Source of the DNA: an uncultured Microbacterium sp.
GTDB lineage: Bacteria; Actinomycetota; Actinomycetes; Actinomycetales; Microbacteriaceae
DNA: 64,000 nucleotides
Direction: 5' to 3'
NCBI RefSeq assembly: GCF_943912325.1
Contig: NZ_CALTTX010000006.1
Span: 11,737 to 75,736, forward strand
The notes under the pieces are model-generated. The model was not told where the DNA came from. It made no database searches and was given only the letters and a program-made list of their open reading frames with translations. The position numbers and the translations under genes are program-made. Below, one piece after another: positions 48,173 to 58,759 of this stretch (positions within the stretch are counted from its first letter, which is position 1; each line of letters opens with the position of its first letter).

Positions 48173-48736
48173 TCAGGCGCGCGGTGCGCCGTCGTGATCC
48201 GACGGGATGTCTTCGGTGCTCTCCAGCTCAGACGACAGCCCCGCGAGAGCTGCCCAGCGGGGGTCAGCGGGTGCGGTGCTGGTCTCGCCGTCTGCCAGCC
48301 TTCTGCCCGTTTCGGGATCGAGTCCCGGGCAGTCCGGCCGACAGACCGGCTGGAAAGGAAGCGCCAGGACGAGGCCGTCCCTGACCAGAGTTTCAAGATC
48401 CACGTGGTCGTCTTGAACTTCGAAGTCGTTCGCTTCCGATCCAGGATACGCGAAAAGCTCCTGGAACTCGACTTCGACGCGCTCCGCGATCTCGGTCAGG
48501 CAGCGGCCGCACTCGCCTTCGTACGTTGCTTCGGCGTCTCCGGTGACGAGAATCCCCTCGTGCACCGACTCGAGTCGGACGTCGATCGCGATCGGCGAGT
48601 TCGCGGGAATGGTGACGAGACCCTCGCCCCAACGCTCGCGAATCGTCACGTCGAACGATTTCTCACGCATCTCGCCGGGGCGATGCTCGATGTCTCGGAC
48701 ACCCACAGAAAAGGGGCCGGGGCGGAACTTGCTCAT
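48173..48736 (-). CDS. YceD/DUF177 family protein
   Basis: It has the Cys pair ..CGRCL.. / ..CRPDCPGL.. and sits upstream of rpmF, as is conserved. Confidence 0.8.
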   Translation of the reverse strand: MSKFRPGPFSVGVRDIEHRPGEMREKSFDVTIRERWGEGLVTIPANSPIAIDVRLESVHEGILVTGDAEATYEGECGRCLTEIAERVEVEFQELFAYPGSEANDFEVQDDHVDLETLVRDGLVLALPFQPVCRPDCPGLDPETGRRLADGETSTAPADPRWAALAGLSSELESTEDIPSDHDGAPRA

Positions 48737-48823
48737 CCCCCGATTCTACCGGCGGCGGGGCCGCACCGCTCCGGCGGGGAGCCCGGTGAGCAGCGCACGG
48801 GCTCGATCAGCGGGCGGGCTCGA

Positions 48824-49336
48824 TCAGCGCAGCGGTTCGATCCCGCGCGACCCGGTGTCGAGGAACCGCGCGACCGCGTCGGGTACGTACGGCGAGACGT
48901 CGCCACCCAACGAAGCAACCTGGCGCACGAGCGAGCTCGAGACGAGCGTGTGCGCAGGATCGGGCAGCAAGAAGACGGTCTCGACCTCGGCGAGATGGCG
49001 ATTGACGATCACCATCGGCGTCTCGTAGGCAACGTCGACCTGCGAACGGATGCCCTTGACGAGCACGCCCGCGCCGACGTCGGTGACGTAGTCCACCAGC
49101 AGGCCCATGCTCCACGAGGCGATCACGATGTCGGCATCCGACGCCGTGGACTCGGCGATCGACTGCTCGAGCAACGTCAGGCGCTGCGCGATCGGCAGCA
49201 TGGCCTCTTTGCCGGGGTTATGCACGACGACGACGTGCACCGTGTCGTAGAGGCGCGCAGCGCGCTGGATGACGTCGAGATGCCCGAGGGTCGGGGGGTC
49301 GAACGAACCCGGAACCACGGCGATGCGGTTGCTCAC
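48824..49336 (-). CDS. coaD: Phosphopantetheine adenylyltransferase
   Basis: The sequence [22 protein letters not shown] has the H/TxGH nucleotidyltransferase motif. Confidence 0.9.
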   Translation of the reverse strand: MSNRIAVVPGSFDPPTLGHLDVIQRAARLYDTVHVVVVHNPGKEAMLPIAQRLTLLEQSIAESTASDADIVIASWSMGLLVDYVTDVGAGVLVKGIRSQVDVAYETPMVIVNRHLAEVETVFLLPDPAHTLVSSSLVRQVASLGGDVSPYVPDAVARFLDTGSRGIEPLR

Positions 49337-49410
49337 GATTCCAGACTACCCGCCAGCATCCACCGCGGTGCGACTCAGTTTCAGACGGCGTCTCACGCGG
49401 CCCGCGCCGA

Positions 49411-51579
49411 TCACGACTTTGCGAGCGCGGCCCACGAATCGGGGTCGAGGCGCGCGTTGATCGCCTGAGCGAGGGCGGGATGCTTCGTGAGTGCCGGATC
49501 GTCGGCGAGCAGCCGCTCGGCGGCGTCGCGCGCTCGCTCGATGATGTCGCCATCGTCGATCACGCGCAAGAGACGAAGCGAGGAACGCGCGCCGGACTGG
49601 ATGTCGCCGAGCACATCGCCTTCGCCGCGAAACTCGACGTCCATCCTCGCCAGCTCGAACCCATCGAGCGTCGACGCGACCGCTTCGACGCGCTGACGCG
49701 CGGGCGTGTCTTCCATCGCCTCGGTCACGAGCAGGCAGAGGCCGGGGATCGAGCCGCGACCGACCCGCCCACGCAACTGGTGCAGTTGCGAGACCCCGAA
49801 ACGGTCGGCGTCGAGGATGATCATGGTCGACGCTCCCGGCACGTCGACGCCGACTTCGATGACGGTCGTCGCGATGAGCATGTCGATCTCGCCCGCAGCG
49901 ACCGCGCGCATGATCGCGTCTTTCTCGTCGGCCGGCATCTTGCCATGCAGCACCGCGCGACGAATGGGAGCGGTGAGTGGATGCTGGGCGAGCATCTGCT
50001 CGACCTGCACAACCCCCCACCGGGGTCTCGCTGGCCCTTCCGCGGACTCCGCACCGGCCGCAGGCGCCGGAGCGTCGTCGCTCGCGTCGGCCGCCTCGGT
50101 GTCGATCGCGGCGCAGACGACGAAGACCTGATTTCCGGCCGCAATCTCTTCGACCGCGCGCGACCAGACGCGCCCGAACCACGCGGGTTTCTCGGCGACC
50201 GGTGCGACGAAAGTCTCGATGCCCGCGCGCCTCGGCGGCAGCGTGCGAATCGTAGAGACGTCGAGATCGCCGAAGACCGTCATCGCAACGGTCCGAGGAA
50301 TGGGCGTCGCCGTCAGCACGAGCGCGTGCGGCGCCGTGCCCTTCGCGCGCAGTCGCTCGCGCTGCTCGACCCCGAAACGGTGCTGCTCGTCGACGACGAC
50401 GAGCCCGAGATCGGCGAACGTGGTCTTCTCGCTCAGCAGGGCGTGCGTGCCGACGACGATGAGCGCCTGCCCCGCGGCAACGCGCAAGGCGGCCTTGCGG
50501 CGATCGGCCGCGGGCATCTGGCCGGTGAGCAGGGTCGGCATGAGTTCGGCGGCGAGCTCGGGGCCCAGCATCCGCGCTATCGAACGCAGATGCTGGCTCG
50601 CAAGCACTTCGGTCGGCGCGATGAGCGCCGCCTGGCCGCCCGACTCGGCGACCTGCAACATGGCACGGAGAGCCACAAGGGTTTTTCCCGACCCCACCTC
50701 GCCCTGAACGAGCCTGTTCATCGGCCAGGGAGCGACGAGGTCGGCCGCGATCTCGGCTCCGACGCTCTGTTGATCGGGCGTGAGCGCGAACGGCAGCGCC
50801 CCGTCGAATCGTTCGAGCAGGCGGCCCGCTTCGCGCTTCGTCCCCGAGAGGGCGCGCACGAACGAACGCTGCTGCAGCAGCGCGGTCTGCAACACGAGCG
50901 CCTCATGCATGCGTAGCGTGCGGACCGCGGCGTCCACTTCTTCGCGGCGGATCGGCCGGTGGATGCGTTCGAGGGCCTCGCGCGCCGTCAGCAGCCCCTC
51001 GTCGTCGCGGATCTCGGCGGGGAGCGGATCATCGATCGGCCCGAGATCGTCGAGCACGGTCTTGATCGCCTTCTGCAGCACCCAGCTCGACACCGTGCTG
51101 GTCGCGGGATAGATCGGAATGGGCGTGCGCGCGGCGTCGCGCGCGGTCTCGACGCCCTCGTCGATGTCGTCGAAGAGCTGATACATCGGATGCGCGAACT
51201 GCAGGCGTCCCCCATAGGCGCCGACCTTGCCCGAGAACATGCCGCGCCTGCCCGGAACGAGCTCGGTGATGCGCCACTTCTGATTGAAGAAGGTCATCGG
51301 CAGTTCGCCCACGCCGTCGGAGATGACGACCTCGAGCAGGTGGCCGCGCCGCCCCCGCATTGACCGCTCACTCACCCGCACGACTTGCGCGACGATCGTC
51401 GCTTGCTCGCCCGGCGTGAGCGAAGTGATCGGCGTCAGCTCGCCGCGTTGCGCATAGCGGCGCGGGTAGTGGCCGAGCAGTTGACCGACCGTCGCGATAC
51501 TGAATGCCCGCTCGATGGCCGCCGCCGTGCGATCAGCGAGCACCTCGGCCAGGGGCGTCGCGAGATCGGAGGTCGGCAT
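49411..51579 (-). CDS. recG: ATP-dependent DNA helicase RecG
   Basis: It has the wedge domain, the SF2 helicase motifs (GEVGSGKT, DEQHRFG) and the C-terminal TRG motif region. Confidence 0.9.
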   Translation of the reverse strand: MPTSDLATPLAEVLADRTAAAIERAFSIATVGQLLGHYPRRYAQRGELTPITSLTPGEQATIVAQVVRVSERSMRGRRGHLLEVVISDGVGELPMTFFNQKWRITELVPGRRGMFSGKVGAYGGRLQFAHPMYQLFDDIDEGVETARDAARTPIPIYPATSTVSSWVLQKAIKTVLDDLGPIDDPLPAEIRDDEGLLTAREALERIHRPIRREEVDAAVRTLRMHEALVLQTALLQQRSFVRALSGTKREAGRLLERFDGALPFALTPDQQSVGAEIAADLVAPWPMNRLVQGEVGSGKTLVALRAMLQVAESGGQAALIAPTEVLASQHLRSIARMLGPELAAELMPTLLTGQMPAADRRKAALRVAAGQALIVVGTHALLSEKTTFADLGLVVVDEQHRFGVEQRERLRAKGTAPHALVLTATPIPRTVAMTVFGDLDVSTIRTLPPRRAGIETFVAPVAEKPAWFGRVWSRAVEEIAAGNQVFVVCAAIDTEAADASDDAPAPAAGAESAEGPARPRWGVVQVEQMLAQHPLTAPIRRAVLHGKMPADEKDAIMRAVAAGEIDMLIATTVIEVGVDVPGASTMIILDADRFGVSQLHQLRGRVGRGSIPGLCLLVTEAMEDTPARQRVEAVASTLDGFELARMDVEFRGEGDVLGDIQSGARSSLRLLRVIDDGDIIERARDAAERLLADDPALTKHPALAQAINARLDPDSWAALAKS

Positions 51580-51662
51580 GATTCGAGTGTACGAGCGGGC
51601 TCCGACACCGAGGCATCCGCCATATTCCGATCGCTTCCCGCACCATGCAATAGCGTGATCGG

Positions 51663-52268
51663 ATGCTTCGTTCCGCCCTCGCCCGCCTGTTCTGGACGTT
51701 CAGCCGGTGGCGCCTCGTTACCGAACCCGCACCGACGCGGCCGACGGTCTTGATCGGTGCCCCGCACACGTCGAACTGGGACTTCGTCGTCATGCTCGCG
51801 ATCGCGTGGCGGCTGCGTGTTCCCATGCGTTGGCTCGGCAAAGACAGCCTCTTCCGCGGCTGGCGTGGCCCGATCATGCGTCGCCTCGGCGGCATTCCCG
51901 TCGATCGGGCGAACCCTGCGGGCATCGTCGACGAAGTCGTCGCGCGCGTGCACTCCGGCGAGGTCTTCGGACTCGTCGTGACCCCCGAGGGGACGCGCGG
52001 CTCGGGAAAGTACTGGAAGTCGGGCTTCTATCGCATCGCGCGCGCGACCGGCATGCCCATCACGCTCGGCTACGTCGACATCACGACGCGCACGGCGGGG
52101 CTCGGGCTGACGTTCGAGCCGACGGGCGATGTGCGCGCCGATATGGACATCGTGCGCGCCTTCTATGCCGACAAGGCGGGCATCAGGCCTGAGTTCCGCA
52201 CCGAGGCGCGCCTGCGCGAAGAGGACGATCCGGGGGCGTCCGACGCGCCCGTTATCGTGGCTGAGTGA
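51663..52268 (+). CDS. Lysophospholipid (PlsC-like) acyltransferase family protein
   Basis: It has the HTSNWD acyltransferase HxxxxD motif and the PEGTR box. Confidence 0.7.
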   Translation: MLRSALARLFWTFSRWRLVTEPAPTRPTVLIGAPHTSNWDFVVMLAIAWRLRVPMRWLGKDSLFRGWRGPIMRRLGGIPVDRANPAGIVDEVVARVHSGEVFGLVVTPEGTRGSGKYWKSGFYRIARATGMPITLGYVDITTRTAGLGLTFEPTGDVRADMDIVRAFYADKAGIRPEFRTEARLREEDDPGASDAPVIVAE

Positions 52269-52828
52269 CTCGGATCATCGCGGGGGCCGCCGGCTCCCTT
52301 CCGCTCGACGTGCCGCCCGCCGGAACGCGACCGACGAGCGATCGTGTGCGGGAGTCGATGTTTGCGGCCCTCGAAGCCGCCGACGCGCTCGACGGCGCGC
52401 GCGTGCTCGATCTGTTCGCCGGTTCGGGAGCGCTCGGGCTCGAGGCGCTGAGCCGCGGCGCGGCGTCGGCGGACCTCGTCGAGAAGGCACCGCGCGCGGC
52501 GCGCGTCGCGGAACGGAACGCGCAGCGCATCGCGCGGGCGACCGGGAGCCCCGCGCGGGTTCACACTCAGGCGGCCGATGCCTTCTTGCGAGGGCGCGGT
52601 GAGGCATCCGTCGCCTTCGATCTCGTCTTTCTCGATCCGCCGTACGAGGTGAGCGACGATGCGTTGCTCGTGACACTCGGGCTGCTCGTTGCGCACCTCG
52701 ACGCGGACGCACTCGTCGTGATCGAACGCGCCGCGCGCTCGGGAGCGCCGACGCTTCCCGCGGGTCTCGAGGCCACGCGCGACAAGAAGTACGGCGACAC
52801 CCACGTCTGGTGGGCCCGCCCGGCGTGA
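52265..52828 (+). CDS. rsmD: 16S rRNA (guanine966-N2)-methyltransferase RsmD
   Basis: The motifs VLDLFAGSGALGLEALSRGA and DLVFLDPPY are present. It is upstream of coaD, as is conserved. Confidence 0.8.
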   Translation: MTRIIAGAAGSLPLDVPPAGTRPTSDRVRESMFAALEAADALDGARVLDLFAGSGALGLEALSRGAASADLVEKAPRAARVAERNAQRIARATGSPARVHTQAADAFLRGRGEASVAFDLVFLDPPYEVSDDALLVTLGLLVAHLDADALVVIERAARSGAPTLPAGLEATRDKKYGDTHVWWARPA

Positions 52829-52846
52829 GCCCGCGTCGCGCCGCGT

Positions 52847-53851
52847 TCAGCCGCGCCGCGCGTCCCAATCGGCATAGGGATCCCAGCCGCCGCGACCGTC
52901 GAACACCGCGCCTCCGACGCTGACGGACCCGGGCTCGCTGGCCGCGATCGTGCCGATCCGGGTAAAACCGGCGGGCACGCGCCCCGGCGCAAAGCTCGCG
53001 AGCAATCCGTGGTCCTCTCCCCCGGTCAGCGCATCGTGCAGCACCTGCGCGTCGCTTCTCCCCGCCGCGCCGGCGCTCCGTCGCGCGAGTGCGAGCACGG
53101 CCTCGGGGTCGAGATCGATCGAGACGCCGGATGCCTCGGCGAGCCGCCGCGCGTCGAGCACGAGGCCGTCCGACACGTCCATCATCGCGTGGGCGCCCGC
53201 ATCGGCCGCCAGCGGCCCGAGCACGACGGGTGGCCGGGGGCGCCGCTGCGCGTCGATGTCAGCGCGCTCTCCCGCACTGAGCGCGGCTTCGTCGACGGGG
53301 ACAGGGTCACCCGCGGCATCCGTGAAGCGCGCGAACATCAGCCCGATCCCCCGCCCGGCAGCCCCGAGCTCACCCGCGAGCGCGAGCTCATCTCCGGGTC
53401 GCGCCCCCGACCGCAGCACGGGCGCGCGGTCGCCGAGCGCTCCGAGTGCCGTCACGGCGATCGTCAGGGTGTCGGACGACGTGAGGTCTCCACCGATCAC
53501 GCCGCACCCGGGGGCGAGCTCGGCGCACGCCTCGCGGAACCCGTCGGCAAGATCGGCGACGAAGTCCGCGCCGAACGCGGGCGGCAGGCAGAGAGCGACG
53601 AGCAGGCCGGTCGGAGTCGCTCCCATCGCGGCGACGTCCGACAGATTGACCGCCGCGGCCTTCCACCCGAGGTCGCCAGGCGACGACCATGCGAGCCGAA
53701 AATCGGGGCCGTGCACGAGCGTGTCGGTCGTCGCGACGGTCGCCCCCGCGGGAGCGAGAACGGCCGCGTCATCGCCCGGACCGACGCTGACTCCGGCAAC
53801 CGACGGCGTGCGAGCAAGGATCGCTGCCAACAGCTCGCGCTCGGACGTCAC
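52847..53851 (-). CDS. thiL: Thiamine-monophosphate kinase
   Basis: It has the AIR-synthase-related fold, with ..GDDAAVL.. and ..TTDTLVHGPDF.. motifs. Confidence 0.8.
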   Translation of the reverse strand: MTSERELLAAILARTPSVAGVSVGPGDDAAVLAPAGATVATTDTLVHGPDFRLAWSSPGDLGWKAAAVNLSDVAAMGATPTGLLVALCLPPAFGADFVADLADGFREACAELAPGCGVIGGDLTSSDTLTIAVTALGALGDRAPVLRSGARPGDELALAGELGAAGRGIGLMFARFTDAAGDPVPVDEAALSAGERADIDAQRRPRPPVVLGPLAADAGAHAMMDVSDGLVLDARRLAEASGVSIDLDPEAVLALARRSAGAAGRSDAQVLHDALTGGEDHGLLASFAPGRVPAGFTRIGTIAASEPGSVSVGGAVFDGRGGWDPYADWDARRG

Positions 53852-53946
53852 CCCGTCAGCCTAACGACCGTGTTGATCAGGGCGCGCGGGCGAGCCGACG
53901 CCAGTGAGCGCTCACAGGAGCGGCGCCGGCGGCGCGTTAGCCTGGG

Positions 53947-54441
53947 GTGGTGATGTCCCGCTCCCGCCCGGCCCGCGCGGGCAGATCCGTTGCAACCCTG
54001 ACAGCCCTTGCCCTGACGGCGACACTGCTCGGCGGCTGTGCCGGCACCGTCAAGCTTCCCGCGGCCGAGAACGCCAATGACCCCGCGTGCGCCGACATCG
54101 GCGTGCGCTACCCGGCCGCCGTCGCGGGTCAAGACCGCCGGTGGACCGACGCGCAATCGACAGCGGCATGGGGCAGCCCGACGGCCGTCATCGTGACGTG
54201 TGGCGTCGCCGTTCCCGGGCCCACCACCCTGCCGTGTCAGACGTTCGATGGCGTCGATTGGGTGATCGATGACTCCCAGGCTCCGCGGTACCTCGCGACG
54301 ACCTTCAATCGCACTCCCGCGGTGCAGATCTATCTCGACGGCGACACCGTCCCGGCATCCGATGTCATGTCGACGCTCTCGGCGATCGTCTCGCGCCTGC
54401 CCGCGAACGACGCGCAGTGCACCAACCGCGTCGACGGCTGA
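53947..54441 (+). CDS. DUF3515-like secreted lipoprotein
   Basis: It has a signal peptide with a lipobox (LLGGCAG) and conserved Cys residues. It lies between thiL and ddl, as in other actinobacteria. Confidence 0.55.
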   Translation: MVMSRSRPARAGRSVATLTALALTATLLGGCAGTVKLPAAENANDPACADIGVRYPAAVAGQDRRWTDAQSTAAWGSPTAVIVTCGVAVPGPTTLPCQTFDGVDWVIDDSQAPRYLATTFNRTPAVQIYLDGDTVPASDVMSTLSAIVSRLPANDAQCTNRVDG

Positions 54442-54474
54442 CGCGCGGCCGCAGCGGCCCTGCCCGCCGAACGC

Positions 54475-55563
54475 TCAGCGCGTGCGGGCGAGTGCGTCGT
54501 CGATCAGCTCCGAGATCAGTTCGGGGTAACTCATGCCCGACGCGATCCAACAGGTCGGGAACATCGACACGGGTGTGAACCCGGGCATCGTGTTCACCTC
54601 GTTGACGAAGAACTCGGTGCCCGTGAAGAAGAAGTCCACGCGCGCAAGCCCCTCACCGCCGAGTGCTTCGAAGGCGCGGGCGGCAATCCGCTGCATTTCG
54701 CCCAGCTCGCCATCGGTGAGATCCGCCGGGCACACGAGCTCGACTCCGCCCGTCGCCTGGTACTTCGCCTCGAAGTCGTAGAACTCGGGCCCGTCGAGCA
54801 CGATCTCACCCGCGACGCTCACGCGCGAGGACGCCCCGTCACGGCCGGGGAGCACACCGCACTCGACCTCGCGACCGATCACCGCCTGCTCGACGAGCAC
54901 GCGGCCGTCCTCGGCGAACGCCGTGTCGAGGGCCGCGTCAAGCGCATCCCACGTCGAGACCTTCGACACGCCGACGCTCGAGCCGGCGCGGGCGGGCTTG
55001 ACGAACACCGGCAGCCCGAGCCCCTGCATCCGTCGCTCCCACAACTCACGATCGGCCGCGAACTCGGCCGCCGTGAACGATACCCACGGCACGACGGGCA
55101 CGCCCGCGCTCTGCAGGATCGACTTGGTGGCGTTCTTGTCCATGCCGAGCGCCGACATCAGCACGCCCGCACCCGCGTAGGGCAGGCCGAACAGTTCGAG
55201 CATGCCCTGCACCGTGCCGTCTTCGCCGAAGCGACCGTGCAGGATCGGCAGCACGACGTCGACGTCACCGAGCGAGCGGATCCCGCCGCCATCGGCGACC
55301 CGCATTTCACGCGTCAGCGTCGAGTCGGGCCACAGCACCCGCGTCCCGTTGTCGCGCACTTCGGGAAGGACCCCGGGAGCGAGCGCGAACTTCTGCGGAT
55401 CGTCGTCTTCGAGCACGAACGCCCCGTCGCGCGTGATGCCGACGGGGATGACGCGAAAGCGATCACGGTCGATCGCGCTCAGGATCCCGCCCGCCGTTGC
55501 GGAGCTGATCGAGTGCTCGCTGGAGCGACCGCCAAAGAGCACCACGACCGCCGGCTTGTCCAT
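54475..55563 (-). CDS. ddl: D-alanine--D-alanine ligase
   Basis: The sequence MDKPAVVVLFGGRSSEHSISSATAGG and the ATP-grasp motifs are present. The start may alternatively be the upstream ATG at 55599. Confidence 0.9.
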   Translation of the reverse strand: MDKPAVVVLFGGRSSEHSISSATAGGILSAIDRDRFRVIPVGITRDGAFVLEDDDPQKFALAPGVLPEVRDNGTRVLWPDSTLTREMRVADGGGIRSLGDVDVVLPILHGRFGEDGTVQGMLELFGLPYAGAGVLMSALGMDKNATKSILQSAGVPVVPWVSFTAAEFAADRELWERRMQGLGLPVFVKPARAGSSVGVSKVSTWDALDAALDTAFAEDGRVLVEQAVIGREVECGVLPGRDGASSRVSVAGEIVLDGPEFYDFEAKYQATGGVELVCPADLTDGELGEMQRIAARAFEALGGEGLARVDFFFTGTEFFVNEVNTMPGFTPVSMFPTCWIASGMSYPELISELIDDALARTR

Positions 55564-56605
55564 TCTGCGTTCTCTCTTCTTGAGGGGTGTCGTCGTCATC
55601 CGTCGTCAAGTGGGGAGCGATCTCACGCGGTGACATCGTGCCGTCGAGCACCCGCTTGACCTGCTGCACGATCGGCATCTGAACCTCGGCCTCGGCCGCG
55701 AGTTGCAAAATGGGCGCGACCGACGCAAGCCCTTCGGCCGTCTGCTCCATGCGCGTCACGACGTCGCTGAAGCTGTAACCCTGGCCGAGCAGGCGGCCGG
55801 CGGTGTTGTTGCGGCTGAGGGGCGACTGGCACGTTGCGATCAGGTCGCCGAGACCCGCGAGCCCCTGCAGAGTCTCGGGCTGCGCGCCGAAAGCGACGGC
55901 GAAATCGGTCATTTCTACGAGCCCCCGCGTGATGATCGAGGCCTTCGTGTTCTCGCCGTAGCCCACGCCATCGACGATTCCGATGGCAACCGCGATGAGG
56001 TTCTTCAGCACGCCGCCGAACTCGGTGCCGATGACGTCGGTGTTGACGAACGAACGAAAGTAGCGGTTGGTCGCGCGACGGGCGACGGCCTCGGCAGTGC
56101 CGAGACTGGATGAGGCGATGACGGCGGCCGTCGGCTGCTCGCGGGCGATTTCGAGAGCGAGATTCGGACCGGATGCCGCGGCGATACGCGACGGGTCGCA
56201 ATCGAGCTCTTCCGCAATGACCTCGCTCATGCGCTTGCCCGACCCGCGTTCGACGCCCTTCATGAGGCTGACGATCGGCGCCTCGCCGAACTCGAGATGC
56301 TTGCGCGCGGCCCGCAGGTTCTCGCGCAACGCCTGACTCGGTACCGACAGGAACACCTGCTCGGCGCCGTCGATCGCGGCCGCGAGATCGGTCGTCGCGG
56401 TCATCGCGGACGGCAGGTTGATTCCCTTGAGGTATTGGCTGTTGCGCTTGGCCTCAGCGATTTCGTTCGCAACCTCGGGGCGGCGGGCCCACATGACGAC
56501 GTCGGCTCCCCCATCGGCCAGGATCTTGCCAAACGTCGTGCCCCAACTACCCGCCCCGATGACGGCGAGGCGAGGGCGATCCGAGACGGAGGGTTTAGGG
56601 CTCAT
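55463..56605 (-). CDS. gpsA: NAD(P)H-dependent glycerol-3-phosphate dehydrogenase
   Basis: The sequence LAVIGAGSWGTTFGKILADGG (Rossmann fold) and the GpsA C-terminal domain are present. The ORF continues ~40 codons past the usual end, into ddl. Confidence 0.85.
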   Translation of the reverse strand: MSPKPSVSDRPRLAVIGAGSWGTTFGKILADGGADVVMWARRPEVANEIAEAKRNSQYLKGINLPSAMTATTDLAAAIDGAEQVFLSVPSQALRENLRAARKHLEFGEAPIVSLMKGVERGSGKRMSEVIAEELDCDPSRIAAASGPNLALEIAREQPTAAVIASSSLGTAEAVARRATNRYFRSFVNTDVIGTEFGGVLKNLIAVAIGIVDGVGYGENTKASIITRGLVEMTDFAVAFGAQPETLQGLAGLGDLIATCQSPLSRNNTAGRLLGQGYSFSDVVTRMEQTAEGLASVAPILQLAAEAEVQMPIVQQVKRVLDGTMSPREIAPHLTTDDDDTPQEERTQNGQAGGRGALWRSLQRALDQLRNGGRDPERDRP

Positions 56606-57365
56606 AGCGGCCCGTCTCGTTCTGCTTGTGTGCCGCCGGGTTCCAGCGCTCGGCGGGCGGCGTCTCGCCGCGCAACTCACCGAGCAGCGCCGCAATCGCG
56701 TCCATCAACCGTCGCGTGCCCTCGACGAGCGCGGCCTGCTCGTGCTCGCGACCGGCGAGATCGCTCAGATCGATGGGGTCACCGACGATGACATCGACGC
56801 GGCGACGCGGCGGCCACAGTCGCAGCTTGCCGTAGCGGGGAAGGATCTGCTGTTCGCCCCAGTGAGCGAGGGGAATCAGCGGGATGCCGGCGGCCAAGGC
56901 GAGCCGCACGGCTCCGGTCTTGCCGCGCATCGGCCACAGCTCGGGGTCGCGCGTCAAGGTGCCTTCGGGGTAGACGATGACGCCCCGCTCATGACGGACG
57001 AGGTCGGTCGCGGCATCCACCGTCGCCTTCGCGGCCCTCGCCGACGTCCCCCGCTGCACGGGCACCATTCCCGTCGCGCGCAACGCCGCGCCCAGCACGG
57101 GCACGCGGAACAGGCTCTCTTTCGCCATGAAGCGCGGGGCGCGCTTCATTCGCCACACCGCGACCGCAACCGTAATCGGGTCGATTTCGGAATGATGGTT
57201 CGGGGCGAGCACGTACGCGCCCGTCTGCGGGAGCTTGTGGGAATCGCGAATGCGGACCTTGGCGAGGAGCCCGGCGATGGGGACGACCACGATCGCGAGC
57301 ACCCAGAAGACGCTCGGTCGGGATTTCTCTGTCGAGCGCTGTTGCTCGGGCGTGCGCGGAGCCAC
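56595..57365 (-). CDS. 1-acyl-sn-glycerol-3-phosphate acyltransferase family protein
   Basis: It has an N-terminal TM segment, the NHHSEID HxxxxD motif, and YPEGT. Confidence 0.75.
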   Translation of the reverse strand: MAPRTPEQQRSTEKSRPSVFWVLAIVVVPIAGLLAKVRIRDSHKLPQTGAYVLAPNHHSEIDPITVAVAVWRMKRAPRFMAKESLFRVPVLGAALRATGMVPVQRGTSARAAKATVDAATDLVRHERGVIVYPEGTLTRDPELWPMRGKTGAVRLALAAGIPLIPLAHWGEQQILPRYGKLRLWPPRRRVDVIVGDPIDLSDLAGREHEQAALVEGTRRLMDAIAALLGELRGETPPAERWNPAAHKQNETGRYEP

Positions 57366-57372
57366 GGGCGTC

Positions 57373-58743
57373 TCAGCCGATGACGTCGACGTCGGCGCCG
57401 AGCGCGATGAGCTTGGCGAGGAAGTTCTCGTAACCGCGGCTGATGATTCCGATGTTGCTGACGGTCGACTCGCCTTCGGCGGTCAGCGCTGCGATGACGT
57501 GCGAGTAACCGCCGCGCAGGTCGGGGACCACGATGTCGGCGCCGTGCAGCGGAGTCGGGCCCTCGATCACGGCCGCCTGCTCGAGCGGGCGACGCGGCAC
57601 GCGCCGGGGTCCTTCTTGCAGGCCATGCGGGTACACCCGGATGTCGGCGCCCATCGTCACGAGGGCCGAGGTGAATCCGAAACGGTTCTCGTACACCGTC
57701 TCGTGCACGATCGACCGTCCGCGCGCTTGCGTGAGCGCGACGATGAGCGGCTGCTGCCAGTCGGTCATGAAGCCCGGGTGCACATCGGTCTCGACCGTGA
57801 CACCGCGGAGCTCGCCGCCGCGGCGGAAGAGGATCCCGTCTTCGTGCACGTCGAAGTCGCCGCCGACCTTGCGCACGACGTTGAGGAACGTCAGCATCTC
57901 TTGCTGCCGCGCGCCCCCGACGAAGATCTCGCCATCGGTCGCGAGCGCCGCCGAGGCCCAGCTCGCGGCTTCGTTGCGATCGAAGATGCAGCGATGGTCG
58001 TAGCCGCGCAGCGAATCGACACCCTCGATGAGGATGACGCGGTTCGGCTCGTACGAGATCAGCGCGCCCATCTTCTGCAGCACCGCGATGAGATCCATGA
58101 TCTCGGGCTCGATCGCGGCGTTGCGCAATTCGGTGACGCCCTCGGCGCGGACGGCCGTGAGAAGCACCTGCTCGGTCGCCCCGACGCTCGGGTACGGCAA
58201 GTGGATGTTCGCGCCGTGCAGACCGCGGGGAGCCGAGAGGCGGATGCCCGTCGGGAGCTTCTCGACGACGGCGCCGAACTTGCGCAGGGCGTCGAGGTGG
58301 AAGTCGATCGGCCGGTCACCGATGCGGCAGCCGCCGAGGTCGGGAATGAAGGCCTGGCCGAGACGGTGCAGCAGCGGACCGCAGAAGAGGATCGGGATGC
58401 GGGATGCTCCCGCGTGCGCGTCGATCTCTTCCATGTGCGCCGATTCGACACCCGCGGTGTCGAAGTGCATCGTGCCCGGCTCGTCGCCGTCGGTGACGCG
58501 CACGCCGTGCACCTCGAGCAGCGAACGCACGACCGCGACGTCGCTGATCGCGGGGATGTCGCGCAACACGCTCGGCGTCTCGCCGAGGAGCGCCGCGACC
58601 ATCGCCTTCGTCGCGAGATTCTTGGCGCCCGTGACCTCGACGCGGCCGGAGAGCGGGCGCCCGCCGCGAATACGGAGCACCTCTCCTGCAGGCATCCCGT
58701 GTCCCGTCTGGCCGTGTGCTCGATCGTTGAGAAGTGACGTCAT
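57373..58743 (-). CDS. murA: UDP-N-acetylglucosamine 1-carboxyvinyltransferase
   Basis: It has the EPSP-synthase-like fold: ..LRIRGGRPLSGRVEVTGAKNLATKAMVAALL... Confidence 0.85.
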   Translation of the reverse strand: MTSLLNDRAHGQTGHGMPAGEVLRIRGGRPLSGRVEVTGAKNLATKAMVAALLGETPSVLRDIPAISDVAVVRSLLEVHGVRVTDGDEPGTMHFDTAGVESAHMEEIDAHAGASRIPILFCGPLLHRLGQAFIPDLGGCRIGDRPIDFHLDALRKFGAVVEKLPTGIRLSAPRGLHGANIHLPYPSVGATEQVLLTAVRAEGVTELRNAAIEPEIMDLIAVLQKMGALISYEPNRVILIEGVDSLRGYDHRCIFDRNEAASWASAALATDGEIFVGGARQQEMLTFLNVVRKVGGDFDVHEDGILFRRGGELRGVTVETDVHPGFMTDWQQPLIVALTQARGRSIVHETVYENRFGFTSALVTMGADIRVYPHGLQEGPRRVPRRPLEQAAVIEGPTPLHGADIVVPDLRGGYSHVIAALTAEGESTVSNIGIISRGYENFLAKLIALGADVDVIG

Positions 58744-58759
58744 GCCGAACCTAACTGCC

